Assembly: GCA_950097015.1 (NCBI GenBank)
Contig: CATNEN010000041.1
Location: 930,001 to 994,000 of the forward strand
DNA: 64,000 bases
Direction of reading: 5' to 3'
DNA from: Macrostomum hystrix
Taxonomy: Eukaryota; Animalia; Platyhelminthes
How positions within the stretch are numbered: the first letter of the stretch is position 1; each line of letters starts with the position of its first letter. This document shows, piece by piece, positions 11,393 to 22,525 of this stretch. The position numbers were made by a program, and so were the translations under genes. The notes beneath the pieces were generated by a model. It saw only the letters and a program-made list of their open reading frames with translations. It ran no database searches and was not told where the DNA came from.

Positions 11393-12021
11393 ATGGTCAT
11401 TCTGGGATAGTTGAGGAGCCTAAAGAATGGTCATTCTGGGATAGTTGAGGAGCCTAAAGAATGGTCATTCTGGGATAGTTGAGGAGCCTAAAGAATGGTC
11501 ATTCTGGGATAGTTGAGGAGCCTAAAGAATGGTCATTCTCGGATAGTTGAGGAGCCTAAAGAATGGTCATTCTGGGATAGTTGAGGAGCCTAAAGAATGG
11601 TCATTCTCGGATAGTTGAGGAGCCTAAAGAATGGTCATTCTCGGATAGTTGAGGAGCCTAAAGAATGGTCATTCTCGGATAGTTGAGGAGCCTAAAGAAT
11701 GGTCATTCTCGGATAGTTGAGGAGCCTAAAGAATGGTCATTCTGGGATAGTTGAGGAAACTAAAGAATGGTCATTCTCGGATAGTTGAGGAGCCTAAAGA
11801 ATGGTCATTCTCGGATAGTTGAGGAGCCTAAAGAATGGTCATTCTGGGATAGTTGAGGAGCCTAAAGAATGGTCATTCTCGGATAGTTGAGGAGCCTAAA
11901 GAATGGTCATTCTCGGATAGTTGAGGAGCCTAAAGAATGGTCATTCTCGGATAGTTGAGGAGCCTAAAGAATGGTCATTGTGGGATAGTTGAGGAGCCTA
12001 AAGAATGGTCATTCTCGGATA
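11393..12021. repeat. 34-bp minisatellite, about 18 copies (ATGGTCATTCTGGGATAGTTGAGGAGCCTAAAGA)
   Basis: Near-identical head-to-tail units read directly; no spacers. Confidence 0.95.
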
Positions 12022-12039
12022 GAATGATAGAACTTTTAT

Positions 12040-12638
12040 AGAACTATAAAATCTCACCCAAACAAGTCCTTAGAACTATATAATCTCACCGAGACAAGTC
12101 CTTAGAACCATAAAATCTCACCGAGACAAGTCCTTAGAACTATAAAATCTCACCCAGACAAGTCCTTAGAACTATATAATCTCACCCAGACAAGTCCTTA
12201 GAACTGTATAATCTCACCCAGACAAGTCCTTAGAACTATAAAATCTCACCGAGACAAGTCCTTAGAACCATAAAATCTCACCCAGACAAGTCCTTAGAAC
12301 TATAAAATCTCACCCAAACAAGTCCTTAGAACTATATAATCTCACCGAGACAAGTCCTTAGAACCATAAAATCTCACCCAGACAAGTCCTTAGAACTGTA
12401 TAATCTCACCCAGACAAGTCCTTAGAACTATAAAATCTCACCCAGACAAGTCCTTAGAACTATATAATCTCACCCAGACAAGTCCTTAGAACCATAAAAT
12501 CTCACCCAGACAAGTCCTTAGAACTATATAATCTCACCCAGACAAGTCCTTAGAACCATAAAATCTCACCCAGACAAGTCCTTAGAACCATAAAATCTCA
12601 CCCAGACAAGTCCTTAGAACCATAAAATCTCACCCAGA
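12040..12638. repeat. 32-bp minisatellite, about 18 copies (AGAACTATAAAATCTCACCCAGACAAGTCCTT)
   Basis: Head-to-tail units read directly; abuts the 34-bp array. Confidence 0.95.
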
Positions 12639-13369
12639 CTTCACCTAAAATTTCACCTAAAAAAGCTACAACGCGCGAATATTGTACCGCTTGCTATTCT
12701 CAATGTTTATTTAAAACTTTTTTAACTGATTACAGCAGAAATATGTTGTATTGGATTGTTTTTTAATAGCCAATGGTTACTGTTTGTTGAAGTCTAGATG
12801 TACTTTCTAGAGTAAGTTACAAAAACAATGAAAAACAAAGTATATATACTGTGAAACTATTACGTTGATCAATTAGTTCATTAGCTTTGGATTAGAAAAA
12901 AAGAGAAAAATTAGTCAGATGGTGGCTACATTCCGTATGTACAGCGAGCCGCTGCTACAAAGAACACAAACGGTCACGTCATCTAAACTACTTAGTCAGT
13001 AGTTACTCAGCATCAAACCAGAACTTTGACAACGCTACTAGGATGGAAAAAATGATAAAATTGATTAAACAGAACAATGTATTAGGATCAAACCTTTCTG
13101 CTTGCAGAAATCAGCTCTTTTTGTAGCAAAAAGTCTGTTGCCAACTTGCCATATTTGCAATGTCCAAACTTTGGTCATTAAAAATTCACAATAATGCTTA
13201 AATCGTTACATACTAACTCAGTACACAAAGTCACAGGCTTTAATTACTATTAGTTCGATCGCAAAAAGTCTAAATCACGCTACTCATGACGTCATTGACA
13301 GTAGCAATGCAAGCAGAAGTTGCGAGCGCGAGCAAACCCCAAATCACAGTTTAAAGCTGAGCCATGCGG

Positions 13370-16300
13370 CTAGGCGTTATACTCGCTCTGGCTGGCAAGG
13401 TGCGGCGCGATGCTGGTGGAGGTCGGGAACGGGTCCTGTGGCATCTCGCTGTACCGAGCATCATAGCCGTACTGCGGATTGGCCAGCTCCGGGTAGAGCA
13501 GCAGAATCTTTCTGTCCAGCGCCGTCTCCTTAAAGCTGTACACAAAGTGGAACATTGTGAACAGGCCGCACACGGAGAACAGGATGCTTCCCAGCACGGT
13601 GATGATGAAGCTGTCACCAAGGCGGAACAGCGGGTTTGAGGCCATCTTGTTGCTCAGGCAGCCGCCCATAATGCCGCTGACCACGCCCCCGAACACGCCT
13701 GAGGATGAAAGTTCAGTTCACATTTTAGTAACTCTCTTCTATTAACTGTCCATCAGCATCTGCATGTGCTTTGTACTTTATACCTCACATCATTTTCTGT
13801 CTCTCGGCCTGTCTCCAAACCATCAGTGACTGTAGCCCTGTCTCACAGTTCTACCTCTCCTCAATCAACCCTCTCCCTCTCCATCTCCCACACCCTCTCC
13901 CTCTCCATCTCCCACACCCTCTCCCTCTCCATCTCCCACACCCTCTCCCTCTCCATCTAGCACACCCTCTCCCTCTCCATCTCCCTCTCCTTCTCCCTCT
14001 CCTTCTCCCTCTCCGTCTGCCTCTCCATCTCCCACACCCTCTCCCTCCCCGTCTGCCTCTGGTCTCACCGGCAGTGATGGAGAAGCCGCCGGCCATGACG
14101 GTGCAGAGCTTGCCCAGCCGGTGCCTGGCTGAGAAGGCGTGCACCGCCTGAGCCACCAGCGCGCCGACGCCCGTCAGGATGGCGAAGATGGCGCACACTT
14201 TGGCCTCCAGCAGGTCGCCCTTGCCCTTCACTCCGTTGCCTGCAAAAAATGGTGAGGGTTGGAAAGTTTGTTGTGTTGTGACTGGCAACACAACGATTTG
14301 AGAATCCCGTTCAGAATGTTGGGAATTCTAATAGGATTTAATGCTTAATCTGTGATTTTGGGTTTGGGATCTGGGATTGTGGGTATGGGATCTGGGATTG
14401 TGGGTATGGGATCTGGGATTGTGGGTTTGAGATCTGGGATTGTGGGTTTGAGATTTGGAATTGTGGGTATGGGATCTGGGATCTGGGATTGTGGGTTTGG
14501 GATCTGGGATTGTGGGTATGGGATCTGGGATTGTGGGTTTGGGATCTGGGATTGTGGGTATGGGATCTGGGATTGTGGGTTTGAGATCTGGAATTGTGGG
14601 TATGGGATCTGGGATTGTGGGTTTGAGATCTGGAATTGTGGGTATGGGATCTGGCATCTGGGATTGTGGGTTTGGGATCTGGGATTGTGGGTATGGGATC
14701 TGGGATTGTGGGTTTGGGATCTGGGATTGTGGGTATGGAATCTGGGATTGTGGGTTTGAGATCTGGAATTGTGGGTATGGGATCTGGGATCTGGGATTGT
14801 GGGTTTGGGATCTGGGATTGTGGGTATGGGATCTGGGATTGTGGGTTTGGGATCTGGGATTGTGGGTATGGAATCTGGGATTGTGGGTTTGAGATCTGGA
14901 ATTGTGGGTAGGGGATCTGGGACCTGGGATATGATTACAGGCAGCTTATTACAGCCATAGGACGGCTGTCTGAGCTTGTGTGGAAACCGGGACCTGGGAT
15001 ATGATTACAGGCAGCTTATTACAGCCATAGGACGGCTGTCTGAGCTTGTGTGGAAACCGGGATCTAGGATATTTCCAATTCAGCGAATTCTTTTAGACTC
15101 GGGAATTCAGGGCTTTGGAATTCGAAATCTGCGATAAAAAAGTTTATTCGTACTTTTCGATGGATATTTGTGGGATCGAACTCATAAAGAAATCCCATCA
15201 ACGACCGCTTGAGCTTGAGGCCCGCTTGAATGCCCAGTCTGAGCATGAGTTTAGCGAGGTTGTCCTGGATTTTTCCAGGATTTATCGAATTTATTTTCCG
15301 ATATTAGAGCGAAAACTTCGAAGAAATCTAATCTGCCTGGCCTGCATCATGGGCCAGGCTCTCAGCTGCTCTCAAGTGTCTCTTGGCCACTTTCAACTGC
15401 CGCTGCTCCCTCTCCGCCCTTCAAAGGAATTTGCAACTGTCTGCCATCCGCTTTTATCTATTCGAGTGCTCGTCCCAAAATATTTTTTCGCTCTATAACC
15501 TTTCTTGAGCATCTTCCTTGTTTACCTTATTCCCTTTCCTTACTAATCCTCTTTTACAATCTCCTCTCTCACAATATCATATCTCACAATCTATGAATGA
15601 GAGATCTCTCTGAGATTCCCAATCTCTCTTCCCTAGCTCTCCAATCTCACAGTCTCCACTCTCCCAACCTCCTCTCTCCCAACCTCATCTCTCCCAAACT
15701 CATCTCTCCCAACCTCCTCTCTCCCAACCTCCTCTCTCCCAACCTCCTCTCTCCCAACCTCCTCTCTCCCAACCTCATCTCTCCCAACCTCATCTCTCCC
15801 AAACTCATCTCTCCCAACCTCATCTCTCCCAACCTCATCTCTCCCAACCTCCTCTCTCCCAACCTCATCTCTCCCAACCTCATCTCTCCCAATCTCCTCT
15901 CTCCCAACCTCCTCTCTCCCAACCTCATCTCTCCCAATCTCCTCTCTCCCAACCTCATCTCTCCCAACCTCCTCTCTCCCAATCTCCTCTCTCCCAACCT
16001 CATCTCTCCCAACCTCCTCTCTCCCAACCTCCTCTCTCCCAACCTCCTCTCTCCCAATCTCCTCTCTCCCAACCTCATCTCTCCCAACCTCATCTCTCCC
16101 AACCTCATCTCTCCCAACCTCATCTCTCCCAACCTCATCTCTCCCAATCTCATATCTCCCAAATCTCCCCTCTCTAGCTAAATATCCCCTCTCCCAATCT
16201 CCTCTCTCCCAACCTCATCTCTCCCAACCTCATCTCTCCCAATCTCCTCTCTCTCAATCTCCTCTCTCTAAATCTCATATCTCCCAATCTCCTCTCTCCC

Positions 16301-16691
16301 AATCTCAACTCTTGCAATCTTATCTCTGCCAATCTCCTCTCTCCTAATCTCATCACTCCCAATCTCATCTCTCCCAATTTCCTCTAATGTACCGCCAGTG
16401 GCCCACTAGAAACATCTGGTGAGTCCCATTGAATTCCAGTTCCAGATCTCACAGCTCAGCGGACTCACCCGTGGCGCTAATCTCAGGCCACCACTGCTCC
16501 GAGTTCCAGATGCTGGCTCTGATGAAGCTTGGGTTGTCCCAGTTGTTGATGAGGTTCTCCAGCACGCCCTTCTGCTTGTCTAGGCGGGTGAGCAAGCCCA
16601 TGCCCCAGAAGGGGGTGACGAGGCCGATGAAGCTGAGGATGAAGCCGATCACAATCAGACCGAATACGGTGGTTCGCACTGTGTCCGGCAT
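13370..16691 (-). CDS. Claudin/PMP22-like four-TM protein, 240 aa, 3 exons (16691-16469, 14239-14069, 13698-13370)
   Basis: All junctions are GT-AG and phase 1 (total 723 nt). Four hydrophobic segments with claudin-like topology, TPFW after TM1, cytoplasmic C-tail. The GLW/Cys-Cys signature is degenerate (ASIWN, no loop Cys), so family assignment is topology-based. Confidence 0.8.
13868..14055. repeat. 18-bp CT-rich intronic minisatellite (CTCTCCCTCTCCATCTCCCACAC-like)
   Basis: Tandem units in intron 2 of the claudin-like gene. Confidence 0.9.
14345..14918. repeat. 21-bp (3 x 7) GGG-rich minisatellite (TGGGATCTGGGATTGTGGGTA/T)
   Basis: Tandem units in intron 1 of the claudin-like gene; explains several spurious ORFs. 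Confidence 0.92.
14919..15060. repeat. 70-bp tandem duplication
   Basis: GGGACCTGGGATATGATTACAGG...GGAAACC starts at 14919 and again at 14989. Confidence 0.9.
15655..16380. repeat. 15-bp minisatellite (CTCTCCCAACCTCAT/CCT)
   Basis: Tandem units in intron 1 of the claudin-like gene. Confidence 0.93.
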
Positions 16692-18114
16692 GATGGCCCC
16701 TGGTCTGATGTGTTTTGCCGAATGTCTTTAGTCCTGGAAACCGACCTGCTCTCTGGTTGAAGTCAGTCAAGTCTTTGCCTAAAGCTATGAAATTCACTTC
16801 CGGGGTTCCTGCTCTGCTTGGCCAGTGGGGGGCTGCGGCTGGGGTAGAGCCAGGCGGGGTGGCGGAGGGGTGGTGCTGCGTACACGGGCGCGGCGGACAA
16901 TCAGACTGTGGGGTGGCGGGCGAGAGGGCTTCTACCTTGCCGCCTGCCTGCCCCCAATTCCCTCACCTGCGTACACGCACGGTCTAGCCAACACCCCACA
17001 ATCTCAGGTTGAGCCAACTGTGCCATGTCTTGGCCTGTCCGTCCTTGGGGGCGTTTATGTCAAGAGGTCTGGGCAGGGCGCGTCAACTGCAGGCCGCATG
17101 GAACTCAGTCCTGCCCTGGCCCGTACTGTGCTCACCGCACAATGTACACTAACTCACTTACTTCTCTAACCCCCTCAATGACTGCAGAAGAATAATGATT
17201 TGCCTGAATGCATTTGCTGCTTTAGTTAATCTTCATTTCTGCCTGCACGCGAAGAGCTGTTCGGCGGAGCAGATCGGGCGGGACAGAAGCATGCTCCACC
17301 GGCTTTTGGAGCAACCCAGAATTGGTGTGCGACCTTCATGAGTTTTGTGTGAGCACACCAGCAAGATATGAGAGACAAGAGAAGATGGGTAACGGAAATT
17401 CAGGGAAATCGAAAGTATCTTTTAATTCTGGAGTCAATTTTTCATTCTCCGTAGTTACTGAGTGCACATAGCTTACTACTGAAAGTAGCTTATTACATGA
17501 CTGCAGATTACAGCCTTGGCTTAGCACGCGGATGCTAATATTCATCCCAGTAGCCTGTTTCTTCTTCCAGAGTTGCAGCAGCTGCGTCTCTTAAATTTGA
17601 ATGCGCTGCGAAAAATCTCAGAGGCGAAGTTGCAGGTGAAAATCACGGTTGAAGGACCGTGATGAAGGCCGAGCTGATGAAGGATTCTGGCTGACTCACC
17701 TTGTTTATCGGCGCATTCCGTGATGCCGGCATGCAGACTGCGTCATCCGTGAGTGTCCAGAACTCAGCCAGCTCTGAGCACTGCACCATTGTGCTAATAG
17801 TGTACAAGCGGACTGCACTAGAGACAGTGGATGCACAAGTTTCAGCACAGGGCACAATAAGAGCTACCCATGAGTATGGGGTAGTGTGTATTTAAATACG
17901 CCTCACTGTGAGACTGCACACTGAGCTGTTGCGGCAGGGCGGTCAGAAATATTCAAATTGTTGCCTTCATTACAGCCCTGAGCAAAATTATGAGACTGCC
18001 GGCAATATGCCGACCTCTGCTGCTGGCCTCTCTAATCTTCTGCTGCTGCTGCTTCTCAGGTGAGCGGCTCAGCAAAGGCCTAGATTTGATATAAATTTTT
18101 CACTTCAGTGTTTC

Positions 18115-18248
18115 ACTGACTGACTGACTGACTGACTGACTGACTGACTGACTGACTGACTGACTGACTGACTGACTGACTGACTGACTGACTGACTGAC
18201 TGACTGACTGACTGACTGACTGACTGACTGACTGACTGACTGCCTGAC
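18115..18248. repeat. (ACTG)n microsatellite
   Basis: Pure tetranucleotide run about 50 nt upstream of the acceptors at 18295/18307. Confidence 0.95.
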
Positions 18249-18307
18249 TATTTTATTTGTTAGCAGTGTTAACTTGACAAGTTTTTGTTCCTGAGCCAAT
18301 CATGCAG

Positions 18308-21113
18308 CAATTTAACTCCCAAGTCGCACAGCACGGCATTGCCTCACTTTCTGTCTATGGCACGGCGATGACGGACTGCAGCGGCAGGACTCACCTGTGG
18401 GTCTTCTGGCCCAGCGCCAACGCCACTGACTGCGCTCAGTCCGCAGACGTCAAGCTCTGCTTAGAGGACATGAAGCATGAGCAAGGCATCGCCAATGCCA
18501 CTGTTTTTGGCCCGGTGAGATCCGATTTCCTGGTGTGACTTTCCAGTTTGCCAGCGTGACTTTCTTTCTTTCTAGTGCGACTTTCCTGCTGGCTAGTGTG
18601 ACTTACCTGTTGACTATAGTGTGACTTTCCTGTTGACTATAGTGTGACTTTCCTGCTGGCAAGGGTGACTTTCCTGTAGATAGGGTGACTTTCCTGTGGA
18701 TAGGGTGACTTTCCTGTGGATAGGGTGACTTTCTTGCTCAGTCGAGGGGCAGTACATATGTTCGCGTTTGACATGCCTTCACAGGAGAAGCTGCAGACGT
18801 CACCGGGCCAGTTCTATCGACTCATGCAGCTGCCCTTAACTGGCCGCATCCTGCACTGCTCGAAGGCCTTCAATGTGCTGGTGAGCTGTCGGCTCAAGCT
18901 GCATCCGAGTCAGATTCCCATTTCCTTCAGCCACGCACCCGCACCCGCACACTCCGCCCTTTCAGCTCGAGCTCGCGCCATCGAACCAATCGGGCTGGAG
19001 GCAGGACACGAAATGCAGTGGCGATTTCAGCAGGTCCGCCTGCTTCATTCGCTGTGAGAGCCGGTGCACAATCTGCCTATTGGGCTCACTCTGTACTTGT
19101 GAAATTTGACTGCGGGAAAATATTGGAAGGATTGAAGGTCAGAGCAAAGGAGAGAGAAGGAGTGAATAAAACTGAAGAGTGAAGAGAGAGAAGGGAGAGG
19201 AGAGAGCGGAGGTAGAGGAGAGAGCGGAGGGAGAGGAGAGAGCGGAGGGAGAGGAGAGAGCGGAGGGATAGGAGAGAGCGGAGGGATAGGAGAGAGCGGA
19301 GGGAGAGGAGAGAGCGGAGGGAGAGGAGAGAGCGGAGGAAGAGGAGAGAGCGGAGGGAGAGGAGAGAGCGGAGGGAGAGGAGAGAGCGGAGGGAGAGGAG
19401 AGAGCGGAGGGAGAGGAGAGAGCGGAGGGAGAGGAGAGAGCGGAGGGAGAGGAGAGAGCGGAGGGAGAGGAGAGAGCGGAGGGAGAGGAGAGAGCGGAGG
19501 TAGAGGAGAGAGCGGAGGGAGAGGAGGAGCGGAGGGAGAAGAGAGAGCGGAGGGAGAGGAGAGAGCGGAGGGAGAGGAGAGAGCGGAGGGAGAGGAGAGA
19601 GCGGAGGGAGAGGAGAGAGCGGAGGGAGAGGAGAGAGCGGAGGGAGAGGAGAGAGCGGAGGGAGAGGAGAGAGCGGAGGGAGAGGAGAGAGCGGAGGGAG
19701 AGGAGAGAGCGGAGGGAGAGGAGAGAGCGGAGGGAGAGGAGAGAGCGGAGGGAGAGGAGAGAGCGGAGGGAGAGGAGAGAGCGGAGGGAGAGGAGAGAGC
19801 GGAGGGAGAGGAGAGAGCGGAGGGAGAGGAGAGAGCGGAGGGAGAGGAGAGAGCGGAGGGAGAGGAGAGCGGAGGGAGAGGAGAGAGCGGAGGGAGAGGA
19901 GAGAGCGGAGGGAGAAGAGAGAGCGGAGGGAGAGGAGAGAGCGGAGGGAGATGAGAGAGCGGAAGGAGAGGAGAGAGCGGAGGGAGAGGAGAGAGCGGAG
20001 GTAGAGGAGAGAGCGGAGGGAGAGGAGAGAGCGGAGGGAGAGGAGAGAGCGGAGGTAGAGGAGAGAGCGGAGGGAGAGGAGAGAGCGGAGGGAGAGGAGA
20101 GAGCGGAGGTAGAGGAGAGAGCGGAGGGAGAGGAGAGAGCGGAGGGAGAGGAGAGAGCGGAGGGAGAGGAGAGAGCGGAGGGAGAGGAGAGAGCGGAGGT
20201 AGAGGAGAGAGCGGAGGGAGAGGAGAGAGCGGAGGGAGAGGAGAGAGCGGAGGGAGAGGAGAGAGCGGAGGGAGAGGAGAGAGCGGAGGGAGAGGAGAGA
20301 GCGGAGGGAGAGGAGAGAGCGGAGGTAGAGGAGAGAGCGGAGGGAGAGGAGAGAGCGGAGGGAGAGGAGAGAGCGGAGGGAGAGGAGAGAGCGGAGGGAG
20401 AGGAGAGAGCGGAGGGAGAGGAGAGAGCGGAGGGAGAGGAGAGAGCGGAGGGAGAGGAGAGAGCGGAGGGAGAGGAGAGAGCGGAGGTAGAGGAGAGAGC
20501 GGAGGGAGAGGAGAGAGCGGAGGGAGAGGAGAGAGCGGAGGGAGAGGAGAGAGCGGAGGGAGAGGAGAGAGCGGAGGGAGAGGAGAGAGCGGAGGTAGAG
20601 GAGAGAGCGGAGGGAGAGGAGAGAGCGGAGGGAGAGGAGAGAGCGGAGGGAGAGGAGAGAGCGGAGGGAGAGGAGAGAGCGGAGGGAGAGGAGAGAGCGG
20701 AGGGAGAGGAGAGAGTTGAGTATTGTCGCCGGAGCGAAGAGTAACCCGTGGCATTCCACATCCGTGTCCCGGTGCCAGTGGCCGCTGACCGGCCCACCTG
20801 CAGCGATGGCGGTGACTTAGAGGGCAACTGCAGCATGAACAAGGAACTGCCGGCTGACATTCTCCAGCTCCTGCTGCAGCGGCGGCGGCAGCAACAGCTC
20901 GCCTGCGCCTCGCCGAGCCCCCCGAGCACCACCTTGGTCGGGCCGGTTGTCGGGACGACGGCCGCGCTGCTGGTGATCGCCGGCTTCGGCTTACTGGCCT
21001 GGGCGCTGCTGTCCAACCGGCTGGACCCGCCCATCGAGACGCGGCACTGGGAGCCGAAGGACCTGGTGTTCGTGGACCCGGACAACATCGAGTGCCGCCT
21101 GCTGGAGAACTGA
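18308..21113 (+). CDS. 3' part of a single-pass membrane protein with a short cytoplasmic tail; exons 18308-18514, 18785-18880, 18966-19033, 20804-21113; 5' exons unresolved (candidates near 17571-17880)
   Basis: Four exons chain with consistent phases (0, 0, 2) and GT-AG sites. Cys- and NxT-containing ectodomain, TM VVGTTAALLVIAGFGLLAWALL, about 35-aa tail ending ...ECRLLEN*. Confidence 0.65.
18535..18735. repeat. Degenerate 19-22-bp repeat (GTGACTTTCCTGT...)
   Basis: About 9 diverged units in an intron. Confidence 0.8.
19190..20715. repeat. 18-bp GA-rich minisatellite, about 1.5 kb (GAGAGCGGAGGGAGAGGA)
   Basis: Highly homogeneous intronic array; source of the three 550-650 aa low-complexity ORFs on the minus strand. 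Confidence 0.97.
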
Positions 21114-21605
21114 GCGGGGAAGCTTTGGCCTTGGGCTTACGGCTTCAGTTTGCCGGTGTCGTTTCACTTTGACGCAATCGGAGAAGTGTAGATATTCAAG
21201 AAGGATTGGATATTTGATGATTTTAGGTCATAGAATTGCAATGCTGCAAAACGATGAGGATTTCAATCCTTTAACTGGTGCGTTCCCATTGTTTCCACGC
21301 TGCATAGGTCCGATAAATTATTGTAATTATGACAATTACAAGTACTGACATTTGAATGCTGCAATGGTTGCCTTGGCAACCAACACTAAACAATAACTGT
21401 GCAAATGTATTAATCGCCAAAGCACTCAGTTGGACTCAATTCCAACAATGTCTTGTTGGTGTAATTGGTGTAACATACACATCTGCCATGCCACAGGTAG
21501 CGGCTGGTGTCGCTAATGACAACATTACACTTTATTGTGCAGGTAGTAAGCACCTGCGATTCAATCACTTACTGAGGCTTTTCACTGCCGAAATCCCAAA
21601 AATCC

Positions 21606-22243
21606 GTTAAACATTGGCTAGTTAGACACTACCTGTTAGACATGGGCTAGTTAGACACTACCTGTTAAACATTGGCTAGTTAGACACTACCTGTTAGACA
21701 TGGGCTAGTTGGACCCTACCTGTTAGACATGGGCTAGTTAGACACTACCTGTTAGACATTGGCTAGTTAGACCCTACCTGTTAGACATTGGCTAGTTAGA
21801 CCCTACCTGTTAGACATGGGCTAGTTAGACACTACCTGTTAAACATTGGCTAGTTAGGCACTACCTGTTAGACATTGGCTAGTTAGACACTACCTGTTAG
21901 ACATGGGCTAGTTAGACACTGCCTGTTAGACATGGGCTAGTTAGACACTGCCTGTTAGACATGGGCTAGTTAGACACTGCCTGTTAGACATGGGCTAGTT
22001 AGACACTGCCTGTTAGACATGGGCTAGTTAGACACTGCCTGTTAGACATGGGCTAGTTAGACACTACCTGTTAGACATGGGCTAGTTAGACACTGCCTGT
22101 TAGACATGGGCTAGTTAGACACTGCCTGTTAGACATGGGCTAGTTAGACACTGCCTGTTAGACATGGGCTAGTTAGACACTGCCTGTTAGACATGGGCTA
22201 GTTAGACACTGCCTGTTAGACATGGGCTAGTTAGACACTGCCT
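21606..22243. repeat. 29-bp minisatellite, about 22 copies (CCTGTTAGACATGGGCTAGTTAGACACTG/A)
   Basis: Head-to-tail units read directly. Confidence 0.95.
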
Positions 22244-22245
22244 AG

Positions 22246-22505
22246 GTACCTGAGCTCGATTCCGCGGTGAGGCCGCATTAAATTGGGACGCAGCCACGGA
22301 GAAAAGGTTTGGTGGCTTGTCTTGCAATTCAGGCCGATGAGAAAGTCAGGGCAGATATACACACATGTGCGAGCGTGTGCCTGAGTACAGTATCTGTGTG
22401 TGTGTGTGTGCTCAGGAGTCAACAAAATAGGCAGAATTGCCTACTCGCTGGCTGCGTGTCACCGAATGATGTGCACCGCAGCCCTCCAGCAATTATTATT
22501 ATTAT
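22246..22505 (+). mobile_element. SINE copy 2 (5'-truncated, internally deleted)
   Basis: Homologous to 4936-5304: CTCGATTCCGCGG, GATGAGAAAGTCAGGGCAGAT, GCTCAGGAGTCA, GCAGCCCTCCAGCAATTATTATT tail. Confidence 0.85.
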
Positions 22506-22525
22506 ATGGGCTAGTTAGACTCCAA

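Noticed and set aside
11393-12638. CRISPR arrays (32-34-bp repeats; also 48232-49550 and 40440-40862)
   Set aside because: Units are contiguous with no unique spacers, there are no cas genes, and the context is eukaryotic.
19045-21088. 550-650 aa ORFs on the minus strand (PPLSPL/SLRSLL/SSPSAL repeats)
   Set aside because: Translation of an 18-bp stop-free minisatellite lying in an intron of a + strand gene.
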